From: an uncultured Rhodobacteraceae bacterium
Lineage (GTDB): Bacteria; Pseudomonadota; Alphaproteobacteria; Rhodobacterales; Rhodobacteraceae
NCBI GenBank assembly: GCA_965659715.1
Contig: CBFHXE010000006.1
Coordinates: forward strand, 287-64,286
DNA: 64,000 nucleotides
Direction: 5' to 3'
Shown: positions 29,224-39,708 of the stretch, piece after piece
How positions within the stretch are numbered: the first letter of the stretch is position 1
Layout of the letters: every line of letters starts with the position of its first letter
Made by a program: the position numbers and the translations under genes
Notes under the pieces: generated by a model
What the model was told of the DNA's origin: nothing
The model's input: only the letters and a program-made list of their open reading frames with translations
Database searches by the model: none

Positions 29224-30624
29224 ATGAGGAGACGAAAAATCTATGCTGGGGCAAAGCTGCGTGATCTGCGGCAACGGCTTTCGCTTACTCAGAAATCTTT
29301 TGCAGCAAAGCTTGGGGTGTCTCTGCCCTACCTTAATCAAATGGAGAATAATAACCGACCGGTCTCGAGCGCCGTTTTATTGGCGCTGGCGCAAGAGTTT
29401 GGTTTTGATGTAACTGAACTTTCAACAGGTGATAGCGAACGTCTTGTGAGCGATATGAGGGAAGCTTTGGCCGATCCTATCTTCGCAGAAACCCAACCGG
29501 CTCTGGCCGACGTGCGACTTGCCGCCTCAAACGCGCCGGTGTTAACACGCGCATTTTTAGAGCTCCATCGCGCCTACCGGCAAACCCAAGAACGCCTTAT
29601 GTCGCTCGACGAAGCCTTGGGGCGGGACGATGCAAGGCTGCAGCCGAGCCCATGGGAAGAGGTCAGAGATTTCTTTCATTATTGCGATAATTATATAGAC
29701 GCGGTGGACCGCAGCGCCGAAATTTTTGCCAAAGAGTGCGATGGGCCAGACTGGGTCAGAAACGCCGCTGAAGACCAACTTGAAAAGCACGGGGTGCGGC
29801 TGCGCTACGGCGATCACCCTGCGCTGCGCCAATTCGACACAAATAGCCGGACGCTGAGCCTTTCAGTGCACAGTAGCCCGCAAACCCAAGCCTTCCAAAT
29901 GGTCTTGCAACTGGCTTTGATCACCCAAAACCCTTTGATTGAAGCAACTTTGGATCTTGCGCGTTTTCAAACCCACGAAGCCCGCGCCATCGCTAAAATA
30001 GGGCTGGCGAACTACTATGCAGGAGCAGCTCTGATGCCCTATGGGCTATTTCTTGAGGCGGCTCAGTCAGAACGCCATGATCTAGAGCGTCTCGCCACCA
30101 AATTTGGGGTGTCGGTTGAACAGGTTGCGCACAGGCTGTCGACATTGCAGCGCCCCGGAGCCAAAGGCATACCTTTCTTTTTTGTCCGTGTTGATCAGGC
30201 GGGTACAATCACCAAAAGGCACTCAGCCACCCGGCTGCAGTTTGCCCGCTTTGGTGGGGCTTGCCCGCTTTGGAATGTGCACCGCGCGTTTGAAACACCG
30301 GGCCGGTTTTTACGTCAACTGGCGGAAACACCGGACGGGGTGCGCTATATATCGTTGGCGCGCGATGTCTCGAAAGCGGGGGGATCTTTTGGCGCACCCG
30401 TGCGACGTTTTGCAATTGCTCTAGGCTGCGAGATTAAACATGCTAGCGCTCTGGTTTATTCAGATACGCTGGATATGAACAACCCCGATGCGTTTGAACC
30501 GATTGGCATATCGTGCCGTCTATGCGAGCGAAAGAGTTGCCATCAACGCTCTGTTCCACCACTTGAGCGCAATCTTTCGGTCGATCCGAACAAGCGCGAT
30601 ATTCTTCCCTATTTCATACGCTAA
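29224..30624 (+). CDS. pccR: Short-chain fatty acyl-CoA regulator (PccR/PrpR/RamB family, XRE HTH)
   Basis: XRE HTH (LTQ..FA..LGVSLPYLNQME), HRLSTLQRPG, GGACPLW, C-terminal CRLCERKSCHQR. Confidence 0.88.
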   Translation: MRRRKIYAGAKLRDLRQRLSLTQKSFAAKLGVSLPYLNQMENNNRPVSSAVLLALAQEFGFDVTELSTGDSERLVSDMREALADPIFAETQPALADVRLAASNAPVLTRAFLELHRAYRQTQERLMSLDEALGRDDARLQPSPWEEVRDFFHYCDNYIDAVDRSAEIFAKECDGPDWVRNAAEDQLEKHGVRLRYGDHPALRQFDTNSRTLSLSVHSSPQTQAFQMVLQLALITQNPLIEATLDLARFQTHEARAIAKIGLANYYAGAALMPYGLFLEAAQSERHDLERLATKFGVSVEQVAHRLSTLQRPGAKGIPFFFVRVDQAGTITKRHSATRLQFARFGGACPLWNVHRAFETPGRFLRQLAETPDGVRYISLARDVSKAGGSFGAPVRRFAIALGCEIKHASALVYSDTLDMNNPDAFEPIGISCRLCERKSCHQRSVPPLERNLSVDPNKRDILPYFIR

Positions 30625-30860
30625 GCTTGTTGATCGGTTTCAATTTGAGCCTTTAGGATATGGCAGAGCAACGCCAAGTGATCCAGCGCCAAATAATCTT
30701 GTGAGCCAGCTTTTTCCAGCTGGTGTTTACGATCTAAAAACTCGCCGTGCGCCTTTACCAGACGGTCATAATAAGGGTCGTTCACCGCCGGCATTAATTC
30801 CACGGACTTAACGCGCTTTCTAAAAAGTTGGTCAAAGTTTAAAACATAAGAGAGCGTCAT
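30621..30860 (-). CDS. Small hypothetical protein, possibly a divergent DUF465/YdcH-like coiled coil
   Basis: ATG with upstream AAGG; helical pattern D.YY.RL...H.E....HQLE...L......LK.QI. Confidence 0.5.
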   Translation of the reverse strand: MTLSYVLNFDQLFRKRVKSVELMPAVNDPYYDRLVKAHGEFLDRKHQLEKAGSQDYLALDHLALLCHILKAQIETDQQA

Positions 30861-31107
30861 AACGAATTACCTTACAAGGTTTTAAAAAGATAAAACCACC
30901 ATAGACTGAATTGTCGGTGGCATCTTTAGACAGTTTCGCAAAGCAAAGATTGCAATTTTAGAGATTGAGATTGCACAGTCTGACTTTGTCGCAGTCCTTT
31001 GACATAAAGATCTGCCCCTGACCAAACCCCAAAGATAATCAGTATCCAGCCGGCATGTTCCTTTAAGGAATTGATTGCAATAATTAAACAGAGCGTAGCG
31101 GCAAATA

Positions 31108-32763
31108 TTATCGCTGTTGTTGCCAGTCTTTGGCAATCCAAGGGGCCGCATTGTTTTTTGCCAATGGCGCGCGGCCTAGGATATGATCACTGGCTTTTTC
31201 ACCGACCATAATGGACGGGCCATTCAGGTTGCCGTTGGTGATTTGCGGAAAAACGCTGCTGTCGGCCACGCGCAATGCGTCTACTCCGATCACGCGGTTT
31301 TCCGGATCAACCACCGCCAATGGATCATCAGGGCGGCCCATTTTGCAGGTTCCGCAAGGATGATAAGCGCTTTCCACATGCTGTTTAATAAACGCATTCA
31401 GCGCTTCTTCTGTCCGAACCTGAGGCCCTGGCTGGATTTCATGTTTCACATAGGGCTGAAAGGCTTCTTGCGCAAAAATCTCACGGGTCAATCTTATTGC
31501 CGCGCGAAAATCAGACCAGTCTTTTTCGCTCGACATATAATTAAACAGAATTTTCGGCGGCTCAGCCGGATCGCCAGACCGCAAAGTCACAGACCCACGC
31601 GATGGGCTACGCATCGGGCCAACATGGGCCTGAAACCCATGCCCTTCAGCCGCAGCTTGACCATCATAGCGCACGGCAATGGGCAAAAAGTGATATTGCA
31701 GATCGGGGTATTCGACCCCAGCCGCCGATCGGATAAACGCGGCGCTTTCAAATTGGTTTGAAGCGCCAGGCCCGCGGCGCGCAAATAGCCACTGCGCCCC
31801 AACCCAGGCTTTTCCAAGAAGGTTCCAGTATTTATAGAGGCTGATAGGTTGGCTCGCAGCCATTTGAATATAGAGCTCTAGGTGATCTTGCAGATTCTGG
31901 CCGACGCCGGGACGGTCTGCAGACACATGAATGCCATGCTCTGCCAAATGTGCAGCCGGGCCAATTCCGGACAGCATCAAAAGCTTTGGAGAATTGATCG
32001 AAGATGCGGCGATAATCACCTCACGACGCGCCGAAATCGTCTCAATGCGGCCTGAGCGGGCAATCTCAACCCCAGTTGCACGGCCCTCAACAAGAACAAT
32101 TTTTCGCGCGAGCCCACGAACAAGGGTGCAGTTTTGGCGTTTAAGGGCAGGCTTGAGATAGGCATTGGCCGCCGACCAGCGCCGGCCTTTGAAGATGGTG
32201 TGTTCCATCGCGCCAAAGCCCTCTTGCTGATGCCCGTTATAATCCTCAGTGACCGGGTATCCAGCCTGCCGCCCCGCTTCGACAAAGGCCGTGACCAATG
32301 GGTTGCTACGTTTGCCGCGGGTGACATGCAGCGGGCCGCCTTTTCCCCGCCAGTCCGGATCACCGCCATGACCTGCATCATCCCAATGCTCCATGCGCTT
32401 GAAATACGGCAAGACGTCCGCATAACTCCAACCATCTGCGCCCATCTCGGCCCATGTATCATAATCGCGTGCGTGACCGCGCACATAGACCATTCCATTG
32501 ATGCTAGAGGATCCACCAATCACTTTTCCGCGCGGACAGGCCAGTTGACGCCCCCCCAGATGCGGCTCGGGCTCTGACCAATAGCCCCAATCATAGCGTG
32601 GCATATTCATCGGATAGCTTAAGGCGCCGGGCATCTGGATCAATGGACCAGCATCTGATCCACCAAACTCAATCACAATCACCGATGCACCTGCGGCGCT
32701 AAGACGGTCCGCCATTGCGCAGCCGGCACTTCCCGCCCCAACAATCACAAAATCCGCCTGCAT
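31108..32763 (-). CDS. betA: Choline dehydrogenase
   Basis: [49 protein letters not shown]. Confidence 0.95.
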   Translation of the reverse strand: MQADFVIVGAGSAGCAMADRLSAAGASVIVIEFGGSDAGPLIQMPGALSYPMNMPRYDWGYWSEPEPHLGGRQLACPRGKVIGGSSSINGMVYVRGHARDYDTWAEMGADGWSYADVLPYFKRMEHWDDAGHGGDPDWRGKGGPLHVTRGKRSNPLVTAFVEAGRQAGYPVTEDYNGHQQEGFGAMEHTIFKGRRWSAANAYLKPALKRQNCTLVRGLARKIVLVEGRATGVEIARSGRIETISARREVIIAASSINSPKLLMLSGIGPAAHLAEHGIHVSADRPGVGQNLQDHLELYIQMAASQPISLYKYWNLLGKAWVGAQWLFARRGPGASNQFESAAFIRSAAGVEYPDLQYHFLPIAVRYDGQAAAEGHGFQAHVGPMRSPSRGSVTLRSGDPAEPPKILFNYMSSEKDWSDFRAAIRLTREIFAQEAFQPYVKHEIQPGPQVRTEEALNAFIKQHVESAYHPCGTCKMGRPDDPLAVVDPENRVIGVDALRVADSSVFPQITNGNLNGPSIMVGEKASDHILGRAPLAKNNAAPWIAKDWQQQR

Positions 32764-32824
32764 GGTTTTCTCCACCAAATTTCGCTCGTCGATAACATGC
32801 GTATTTGATCAGGTAAATAAAAAC

Positions 32825-32840
32825 TTAAATGGTCATTTAA
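32825..32840. promoter_or_regulatory. Probable BetI operator
   Basis: Palindrome TTAAATG-GT-CATTTAA in the divergent betA/betI intergenic region. Confidence 0.65.
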
Positions 32841-32900
32841 TTTTTTATCTTGCTCTCGAATTTTATTGCAAAACACAGCACAAAGCGGCACACCCACCCC

Positions 32901-33497
32901 ATGCAACGCGTCAAAATACGAGACATCCGCAATGCCGAGTTTATCGAAGCCACTTTGCAAGCGGTGCATAAACACGGGCTTGGTGCGGTCACAATGAGTG
33001 AAATCGCTCAGGAAACCGGCGCGACTGCGGCCAGCATCAATTATTATTTTGGCTCTAAGGAGCGGTTGATGGAAGCAACCATGCGACATCTTCTGGGGCT
33101 TTTGCGTGCAGCAGTGGTGCGAAATTTAAACGCTGCAAGCAGCCCATTGGACCGGCTCTATGCCACTTTGGACGCGAACTTTGATGATCAGTTGTTTACG
33201 GCAGAAAAATGCAGCGTTTGGGTGCAATTTTGGGCTGCTGCGCCCTATGCGCCAGCCTTGGCAAGGTTACAGCGGCTCAACCGGGCGCGCGTGGCCAGCC
33301 ATTTGCGGCATGATCTTAGGCCATTAATGGATAGGGATCAGGCCGTGACAATCCGGCAGACCTTGCAATCTTATATGGACGGTGTTTGGCTCAATACTGC
33401 CCAAAATGCTCTGGCGGTAAATCCGGCGTTGGCCCGCCGCGATGCTCGCGCCGTGCTTGATCTGTTGCTCGCATCGGATCAGTCGCCGCGCGGATAA
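32901..33497 (+). CDS. betI: TetR-family choline-responsive regulator, BetI-like
   Basis: TetR HTH (VTMSEIA...SINYYFGSKERL.EATMR), W..FWA; located between betA and betC. Confidence 0.8.
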   Translation: MQRVKIRDIRNAEFIEATLQAVHKHGLGAVTMSEIAQETGATAASINYYFGSKERLMEATMRHLLGLLRAAVVRNLNAASSPLDRLYATLDANFDDQLFTAEKCSVWVQFWAAAPYAPALARLQRLNRARVASHLRHDLRPLMDRDQAVTIRQTLQSYMDGVWLNTAQNALAVNPALARRDARAVLDLLLASDQSPRG

Positions 33498-34990
33498 CGC
33501 TGTGCCTCTTCCAATTGATTGAGATCCATATGATTGCGCATAAAGCGCTCAGATGCCTGTTGTAGCGGTTGGTAGTCCCAAGGGTAATACCCGCCTTGCC
33601 TCAAGGCTTCATAAACCACCCAGCGGCACGCCTGACTTTGGCGCACTGCGGCATCGAATGCATCCAGATCCCAGCGCGCATCCACTTCGGCACTAAGTTG
33701 CGCAACAACCGCCTGATGCTCTGGCATGGTCGCCAGATTATTAAGCTCGTTCGGATCTGTCTCAAGATTGAACAATTGGTCAGGATCAATCGCACAGCGA
33801 TTGAATTTCCAATCTCCCATACGCAGTGAAACCATGGGGGCGTATGAGGCCTCAGCGGCATATTCCATCATCACCGGGGTGTGACGCTCAGCGCCTTGGC
33901 CCAGCGGGACAAGACTTTCACCTGCGGTCCACGGCGCCACTTCAGCCATGTCCACCCCTGCTAGATCACAAAGCGTCGGGCAAACATCTATGGTCGATAC
34001 TGGCACATCAACCACGCCCGGGGTCATGTCAGAACTGCTGATCATCAAAGGCACGCGCGCCGAGCCCTCGAAAAATGACATTTTGAACCAAAGACCCCGC
34101 TCTCCGAGCATATCCCCATGATCGGAAACAAAGAGGATATTTGCGCTTTGGCCCGTTGCATCAAGAACCTCAAGAATGTCACCAATTTTATCATCTAGAT
34201 AGCTGATATTGGCAAAATAGGCCCGCCGTGACCTTTCAATCATCGTCTCTGTAATCTCGTAAGACCGCCAGTCATTGGCATCAAAAATGCGCTGTGAATG
34301 GGCATCTTGGTCCTGATAGGGCATGGCGGCCACTTGCGGCTGCAAATGCGCGCAATCGGCATAAATATCCCAGTATTTTTTTCGGGCAACATAGGGATCA
34401 TGGGGGTGCGTAAAGCTCACGGTTAGGCACCATGGCCGCTCATCAGAACCCCGCGCCAGATCATAAAGTTTGCGCGTGGCATGGTGGGCGACCTCGTCAT
34501 CATATTCCAGCTGATTGGTAATTTCAGCAACGCCAGCGCCGGTCACCGAGCCCATATTATGATACCACCAGTCAATGCGTTCGCCCGGCTTTCTGTAATC
34601 TGGCGTCCAGCCGAAATCAGCCGGATAAATATCGGTTGTCAGCCTTTCTTCAAACCCATGCAGTTGATCTGGCCCAACAAAGTGCATTTTTCCTGACAGG
34701 CAGGTATGGTACCCAGCGCGGCGAAGATGGTGAGCGTAGGTTGGGATAGAAGAGGAAAATTCCGCCGCATTATCATAGACCTGGTTTTTTGACGGCAATT
34801 GACCCGACATAAACGCTGCCCGCCCCGGTGCGCACAGCGGGCTCGCCGTATAGGCATTTGCAAACCGCGTTGATCGCTCGGCCAGTCGTTTAAGGTTCGG
34901 GGTGTGAAGCCACTCTGCCGGCCCGTCGGGAAACAGCGTACCGTTCAATTGATCAACCATCAGAATCAGTATGTTTGGTTTGCGGGTCAT
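33479..34990 (-). CDS. betC: Choline-sulfatase
   Basis: PNILILMVDQ, CAPGR sulfatase motif, GKMHF, RIDWWYHNM, WDYQP, MRNHMDL. Confidence 0.95.
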   Translation of the reverse strand: MTRKPNILILMVDQLNGTLFPDGPAEWLHTPNLKRLAERSTRFANAYTASPLCAPGRAAFMSGQLPSKNQVYDNAAEFSSSIPTYAHHLRRAGYHTCLSGKMHFVGPDQLHGFEERLTTDIYPADFGWTPDYRKPGERIDWWYHNMGSVTGAGVAEITNQLEYDDEVAHHATRKLYDLARGSDERPWCLTVSFTHPHDPYVARKKYWDIYADCAHLQPQVAAMPYQDQDAHSQRIFDANDWRSYEITETMIERSRRAYFANISYLDDKIGDILEVLDATGQSANILFVSDHGDMLGERGLWFKMSFFEGSARVPLMISSSDMTPGVVDVPVSTIDVCPTLCDLAGVDMAEVAPWTAGESLVPLGQGAERHTPVMMEYAAEASYAPMVSLRMGDWKFNRCAIDPDQLFNLETDPNELNNLATMPEHQAVVAQLSAEVDARWDLDAFDAAVRQSQACRWVVYEALRQGGYYPWDYQPLQQASERFMRNHMDLNQLEEAQRYPRGD

Positions 34991-35916
34991 TTTGGGCCCT
35001 CTGAGGTGGTTGAAGGAGGGGCTGGGGTTAATCTTCGGCGCTGACCAGCTGTTTCACGCCAACTCAGAATGCTAATCGACGTCAAAATAATAGTTCCGCC
35101 TGCAATTACCCAAATATCTACGCCCTCAGCAAACACCAAAGCGCCCAAAAGCACAGACCATATCAGTTGCAAAAAATTAATCGGCTGGGTGACATTCACA
35201 GGGGCGGCAGCCAAGGCACGCGTCATGGCATAGTGGCCCAAAGTAGCTAAGCCTGCGACCACAAACAGAATCAAAACATCAAACAAGCCTGGCGGCACCC
35301 AAACCGACCAAGCCAAGGGTGCCAATCCCAGTGTTGTCACAAGCGACAGCATCACAACCACAACAGAGGCCGAAACTTGATCGCTGGCCCGCTTTGCAAG
35401 CAGATAAGAGCACGAAAAGAAAAACGCATTGGCCAGCATGGTCAAATGACCTGCGCCTACCTCGCGAAATCCGGGCCGTAAAATAATAACCACCCCAACC
35501 AATGCCACCATCACGGCCACCATGCGATCAAGAGCCAGTTTTTCGCGCAAAAATACCGCTGCGCCAAACATCACGCACACCGGTGTCAAATAACTCATGG
35601 CAGTGACATCTGCGATCGGTATTCGCGCCATGGCAAAAAACCACAATGTCACACCAATAGAATGCGCAGCCCCGCGCCCAACAAATACCCACATCAATGG
35701 TTTGGTGATGGCGCCGCGCTGCCAGCTGCGGCGAAATTCAGGGATCATTGGCACCAATAGCACCAAGCCCAGCGCATAGCGTAAAAAGGCTGCTTCAGCA
35801 GCGGGAACCCCGGTGCCAAGATACTTGACCAAAGCGGTGACACCGACAAACAGTAGTCCACTGAAAGTCATCCACAGAATTGCACGAATGGGCTGATCAT
35901 CACTTGAAGCGCTCAT
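34987..35916 (-). CDS. DMT/EamA family transporter
   Basis: About 10 TM helices; FLREKL, ILRPG. Confidence 0.88.
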   Translation of the reverse strand: MSASSDDQPIRAILWMTFSGLLFVGVTALVKYLGTGVPAAEAAFLRYALGLVLLVPMIPEFRRSWQRGAITKPLMWVFVGRGAAHSIGVTLWFFAMARIPIADVTAMSYLTPVCVMFGAAVFLREKLALDRMVAVMVALVGVVIILRPGFREVGAGHLTMLANAFFFSCSYLLAKRASDQVSASVVVVMLSLVTTLGLAPLAWSVWVPPGLFDVLILFVVAGLATLGHYAMTRALAAAPVNVTQPINFLQLIWSVLLGALVFAEGVDIWVIAGGTIILTSISILSWRETAGQRRRLTPAPPSTTSEGPK

Positions 35917-35954
35917 CCCCCGAAAAGGCGTGAATTTATAAGGTTGTGCAAGTC

Positions 35955-36551
35955 TTATTGCGACAAAATTAAACCAAATGCGATGCTAAACATCACAGCT
36001 GCAATCCCGATATCCAAAACCTGCCAGGCGCGTGGCCTTGCAAAAAAGGGTGCAAGCAGCTGTGCGCCATATCCCAGAGTAAAGAAAAATACAAAACTTG
36101 CTAGGATCGCGCCAAGGCCAAAGACCTCTGGTTGTGGTGATTGCACTGCAATCGAGCCTAGTAAAATAACCGTATCAAAATAAACATGCGGGTTGAGCCA
36201 AGTCAGCGCCAAACAGGTCAGCACCGCAACCCTTAGGGTGCTAAACTCACCGGCCGCTTTAAGGCCCGTTCCGCCGCGCCAAGCCGAATGGAGACTTTTC
36301 GCGCCATACCAGACCAAAAATATCGCCCCGCCATACCGCATAACGTCGATTATAATAGGCACTGATTGGACAAACCGACCAAAGCCGCTCACCCCAAGAT
36401 AAATTAACAGAGCATCAGAAAGAGAACAGGTCAGGCAAACAATGAAAACATAGCGCCGCAATAAACCGGCGCGCAGAACGAAAGCATTTTGAGCCCCAAT
36501 CGCTAAAATTAACGATAAACCCAGACCGAAGCCTGAAAAAAAAGCCTGCAT
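35955..36551 (-). CDS. LysE/ArgO amino acid exporter
   Basis: LILAIGAQNAFVL, LTWLNPHVYFDT. Confidence 0.93.
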   Translation of the reverse strand: MQAFFSGFGLGLSLILAIGAQNAFVLRAGLLRRYVFIVCLTCSLSDALLIYLGVSGFGRFVQSVPIIIDVMRYGGAIFLVWYGAKSLHSAWRGGTGLKAAGEFSTLRVAVLTCLALTWLNPHVYFDTVILLGSIAVQSPQPEVFGLGAILASFVFFFTLGYGAQLLAPFFARPRAWQVLDIGIAAVMFSIAFGLILSQ

Positions 36552-36599
36552 AAATTTCCCTGCGCCTTTTCAGAATACTAAGGCGCAGGTTAGTCTAGA

Positions 36600-36935
36600 T
36601 CAAACTGATGCGACAGCCTTTAATTTGTGATCTTCGGGAACGGCGGCCACATACGAACCTGCTTTGGTGCTAGGAGCATGGGCTAAAAGGCCGCGTGCCA
36701 AGAGGTTTTTTAAACTGCGGTGAAAGGTTGGTTGTGTCATTTTAAATACCAATGAATGCGCTTTTATATCATCCGAGCGTGCGACTCCCTTACTATTCGC
36801 AATCACACTTTGAACCGCATAAAAAACATCTTTTTCATTTTGAGATAAATCTCCAAGTCCGAGATCACGCTCCATACCGAGCAACAGCGCGCGTAATTGT
36901 GCGACATTTAAGTATCTATGGGTTGGCAGTCCCAT
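36600..36935 (-). CDS. Small winged-helix-like hypothetical protein
   Basis: LSQNEKDVFYAV...MTQPTFHRSLKNLLARGLL resembles a wHTH; AT-rich upstream region. Confidence 0.65.
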   Translation of the reverse strand: MGLPTHRYLNVAQLRALLLGMERDLGLGDLSQNEKDVFYAVQSVIANSKGVARSDDIKAHSLVFKMTQPTFHRSLKNLLARGLLAHAPSTKAGSYVAAVPEDHKLKAVASV

Positions 36936-37094
36936 GATTGAAAAAAGCCCTTAGTATATTTTTTATATCCTTTTGTATATTATTTAGAAACTAATTGCAA
37001 TATTTTTGCTGAGATGTTCTTAAAATTTCGTAGGCCATGCCAAAAACCACAAGCCAAAGCTATGATCTATCCACGTAGTGCATTTTTGGACTGC

Positions 37095-37835
37095 TTAAAG
37101 CTGCTCCATAACCTCGTCGGCGGCTTCAAAATTCGATGTGACCCTTTGCACATCATCATCATCTTCCAAGGCATCGATAAGCTTCATAAGCTTTTGCATG
37201 CCTTCGAGATCAAGTTCAGTGGTGGTGGTCGGCTTCCAGATTAGCTTGGTGGACTGGCTCTCGCCCAATTCGGCTTCAAGCGCGCTAGACACTTCATTAA
37301 GGTCTGTATCAAGACACCAGATGATATGCCCATCTTCAGAGCTTTCAACATCTTCAGCGCCGGCTTCTATCGCGGCCATCATCACCGTATCACCGTCCCC
37401 GACCTCGGCGCCATAGCTGACCTCACCTTTGCGTTCGAACATAAAACCAACTGATCCGGTCTCGCCCAGATTACCGCCGTTTTTGGAAAACGTAGATCTG
37501 ACATTTGAGGCGGTGCGGTTACGGTTATCTGTCATTGCCTCGACAATCACGGCGACACCATTTGGACCATAACCTTCATAACGGATTTCTTCATAATCAT
37601 CGCCATCTCCGGCTGTGGACTTTTTGATGGCCCGCTCGATCACGTCTTTGGGCACTGAACTTGATTTAGCTTCTTTCACGGCCAATCTAAGACGGGGATT
37701 TTTTTCCGGATCGGGATCCCCCATTTTGGCGGCAACGGTAATTTCTTTTGACAGCTTTGAAAATAGCTTAGAACGCGCAGCATCCTGACGGCCTTTTCGG
37801 TGCTGGATATTCGCCCATTTTGAATGACCGGCCAT
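37095..37835 (-). CDS. yebC: YebC/PmpR family protein
   Basis: [30 protein letters not shown]. Confidence 0.96.
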   Translation of the reverse strand: MAGHSKWANIQHRKGRQDAARSKLFSKLSKEITVAAKMGDPDPEKNPRLRLAVKEAKSSSVPKDVIERAIKKSTAGDGDDYEEIRYEGYGPNGVAVIVEAMTDNRNRTASNVRSTFSKNGGNLGETGSVGFMFERKGEVSYGAEVGDGDTVMMAAIEAGAEDVESSEDGHIIWCLDTDLNEVSSALEAELGESQSTKLIWKPTTTTELDLEGMQKLMKLIDALEDDDDVQRVTSNFEAADEVMEQL

Positions 37836-37922
37836 GGTCTCCTCCACTTCATCTTTTGTTTGCGTTCTCTATAAAACAGGCAACCGCCCGGGGGCAAGTC
37901 GCTATCCAACCCGCTCCTGCGT

Positions 37923-39695
37923 TCAGAGCGGCCAGATCAGCGGGATCATCACCGAAGAAATCAAGCCAATGCTGAGGTTTAAGGGAATGCCAACGCGCAT
38001 AAAATCAGTGAACCTATACCCCCCGGGCCCATAGACCATCATATTGGTCTGATACCCGATCGGAGTGGCAAATGATGCAGAGGCCGCAACCATAACAGCC
38101 ACGACAAACGGTCGCGGATCAACCCCCAAGGCCTGAGCCAGCGCAATCGCTATCGGGGTTACGACCACTGCCACAGCATTGTTGGACACCAATTCGGTTA
38201 GCACCGAGGTGATTAAATACAACATCCAGATCATTAGAATTGGGGGCATTTGCGACAGCATTGGCAAGAGCACATTGACGATCAATTCGACCGCGCCAGA
38301 GGCTTGTAAGGCCGCGCCGACTGCTAACATCGCAAAAATCAGTGTAAGTAGCCGGCCATCGACAAATGAGAAAGCCTCATCTGCATCAATTGCACGCAAA
38401 AGCAATACCGCGGCCACGGCCAAAACAGTTAGCAAGAATATTGGCGCCACCCCCAGTGCTGCCAATCCAACAACACCCAAAAGTGCCCCGACTGCCACCG
38501 GCGCGTGACCGCGCCGATAGGCCCGGGCGGCAGGTCGGGATACATCCACGAGCCCCATCTCTTGTGCAAGTCTTTGGATATCTTCGTTGGCGCCTTCCAA
38601 CAGTAAAGTATCCCCAACCTGCACCACTAAATCATCAAGCTGTCTGCCAATGCTTTGGTTGCGCCGGTGCACTGCAAGCGGATAGACACCAAAGCGGCGC
38701 CTTAGCCGCATTTGGCCCAGCGACCGTCCAACCATTTTGCAACCCGGCGTGATCAGCGCCTCAACGGTCGTTGTTTCAACCGCCGACACCTGATCCACCC
38801 GTTTGAGGTTTTTATCTCGCTGCAGGCTGAGCAATTCAGCAATTTGGGTGCGCAGCACCACCCGATCACCCAACTTGAGGCTTACCCCTTGCAAATTACG
38901 GCGCAAAGAGGCGTCACCCCTGATAACATCAACCAAACGCACGCCATCCCGTTTGAAAAGCTCAACCCCCATCACGTCGCGGTCTATCAAGGTTGAATCA
39001 GGAGGGATCACCACCTCGGTGAAAAACTTCATTTGGGTTTTATCAGATAGCAAATTGGCCATACTATCCCGATGAGGAAGCAACAAAGGCGCAATGAACC
39101 GCAAATAGATCATTCCCCAAATCACCAAGATTACTCCTAAAGGGGTCACCTCGAATATGGTGAAACCCGCCAATCCCTCGGCCCGCGCCACCCCGTCCAC
39201 CAATAGGTTTGTAGAGGTGCCAATTAATGTCAGCGTACCGCCAAGAATGGCTGCATAAGACAAAGGGATCAGCAGCTTGCTGGCCGAAATATCCAAGCTG
39301 CGCGCCAATTGAACGAAAACCGGGATCATCACAACAACAACGGGGGTATTTGACACTACAGCCGAGGCCAAAGCAACGAACCCAATCATAAGTCCTATTG
39401 CGCGCCGGGGGTGGTGCTTGGCCTGTGCTTCGGCCAGCGAAGTGAGCGCATCCAGCGCACCAGTGCGCACCAAAGCCCCCATCACAATAAACATTGCTGC
39501 GATTGTCCAAGGCGCCGGGTTGGACAGCACTGCGAGGGCACTATCGTATGGCAACACACCGCTGATCAGCAATACGGAAACGCCAGCGATTGCCACCACT
39601 TCGGTTGGATAAGTTTCGCGGAAAAACAGCACAAACATCACAGCAACAACTGCCAACGCCGTCAATGCGGGTAAAATATCAATTGTTTCCAACAC
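37923..39695 (-). CDS. SLC13-family permease with TrkA-C domains
   Basis: SNTPVV, GGTLTLIGTSTNL, SNNA, SFATPIGYQTN. Confidence 0.92.
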   Translation of the reverse strand: MLETIDILPALTALAVVAVMFVLFFRETYPTEVVAIAGVSVLLISGVLPYDSALAVLSNPAPWTIAAMFIVMGALVRTGALDALTSLAEAQAKHHPRRAIGLMIGFVALASAVVSNTPVVVVMIPVFVQLARSLDISASKLLIPLSYAAILGGTLTLIGTSTNLLVDGVARAEGLAGFTIFEVTPLGVILVIWGMIYLRFIAPLLLPHRDSMANLLSDKTQMKFFTEVVIPPDSTLIDRDVMGVELFKRDGVRLVDVIRGDASLRRNLQGVSLKLGDRVVLRTQIAELLSLQRDKNLKRVDQVSAVETTTVEALITPGCKMVGRSLGQMRLRRRFGVYPLAVHRRNQSIGRQLDDLVVQVGDTLLLEGANEDIQRLAQEMGLVDVSRPAARAYRRGHAPVAVGALLGVVGLAALGVAPIFLLTVLAVAAVLLLRAIDADEAFSFVDGRLLTLIFAMLAVGAALQASGAVELIVNVLLPMLSQMPPILMIWMLYLITSVLTELVSNNAVAVVVTPIAIALAQALGVDPRPFVVAVMVAASASFATPIGYQTNMMVYGPGGYRFTDFMRVGIPLNLSIGLISSVMIPLIWPL

Positions 39696-39708
39696 TGCGC
39701 AGCCCTCT

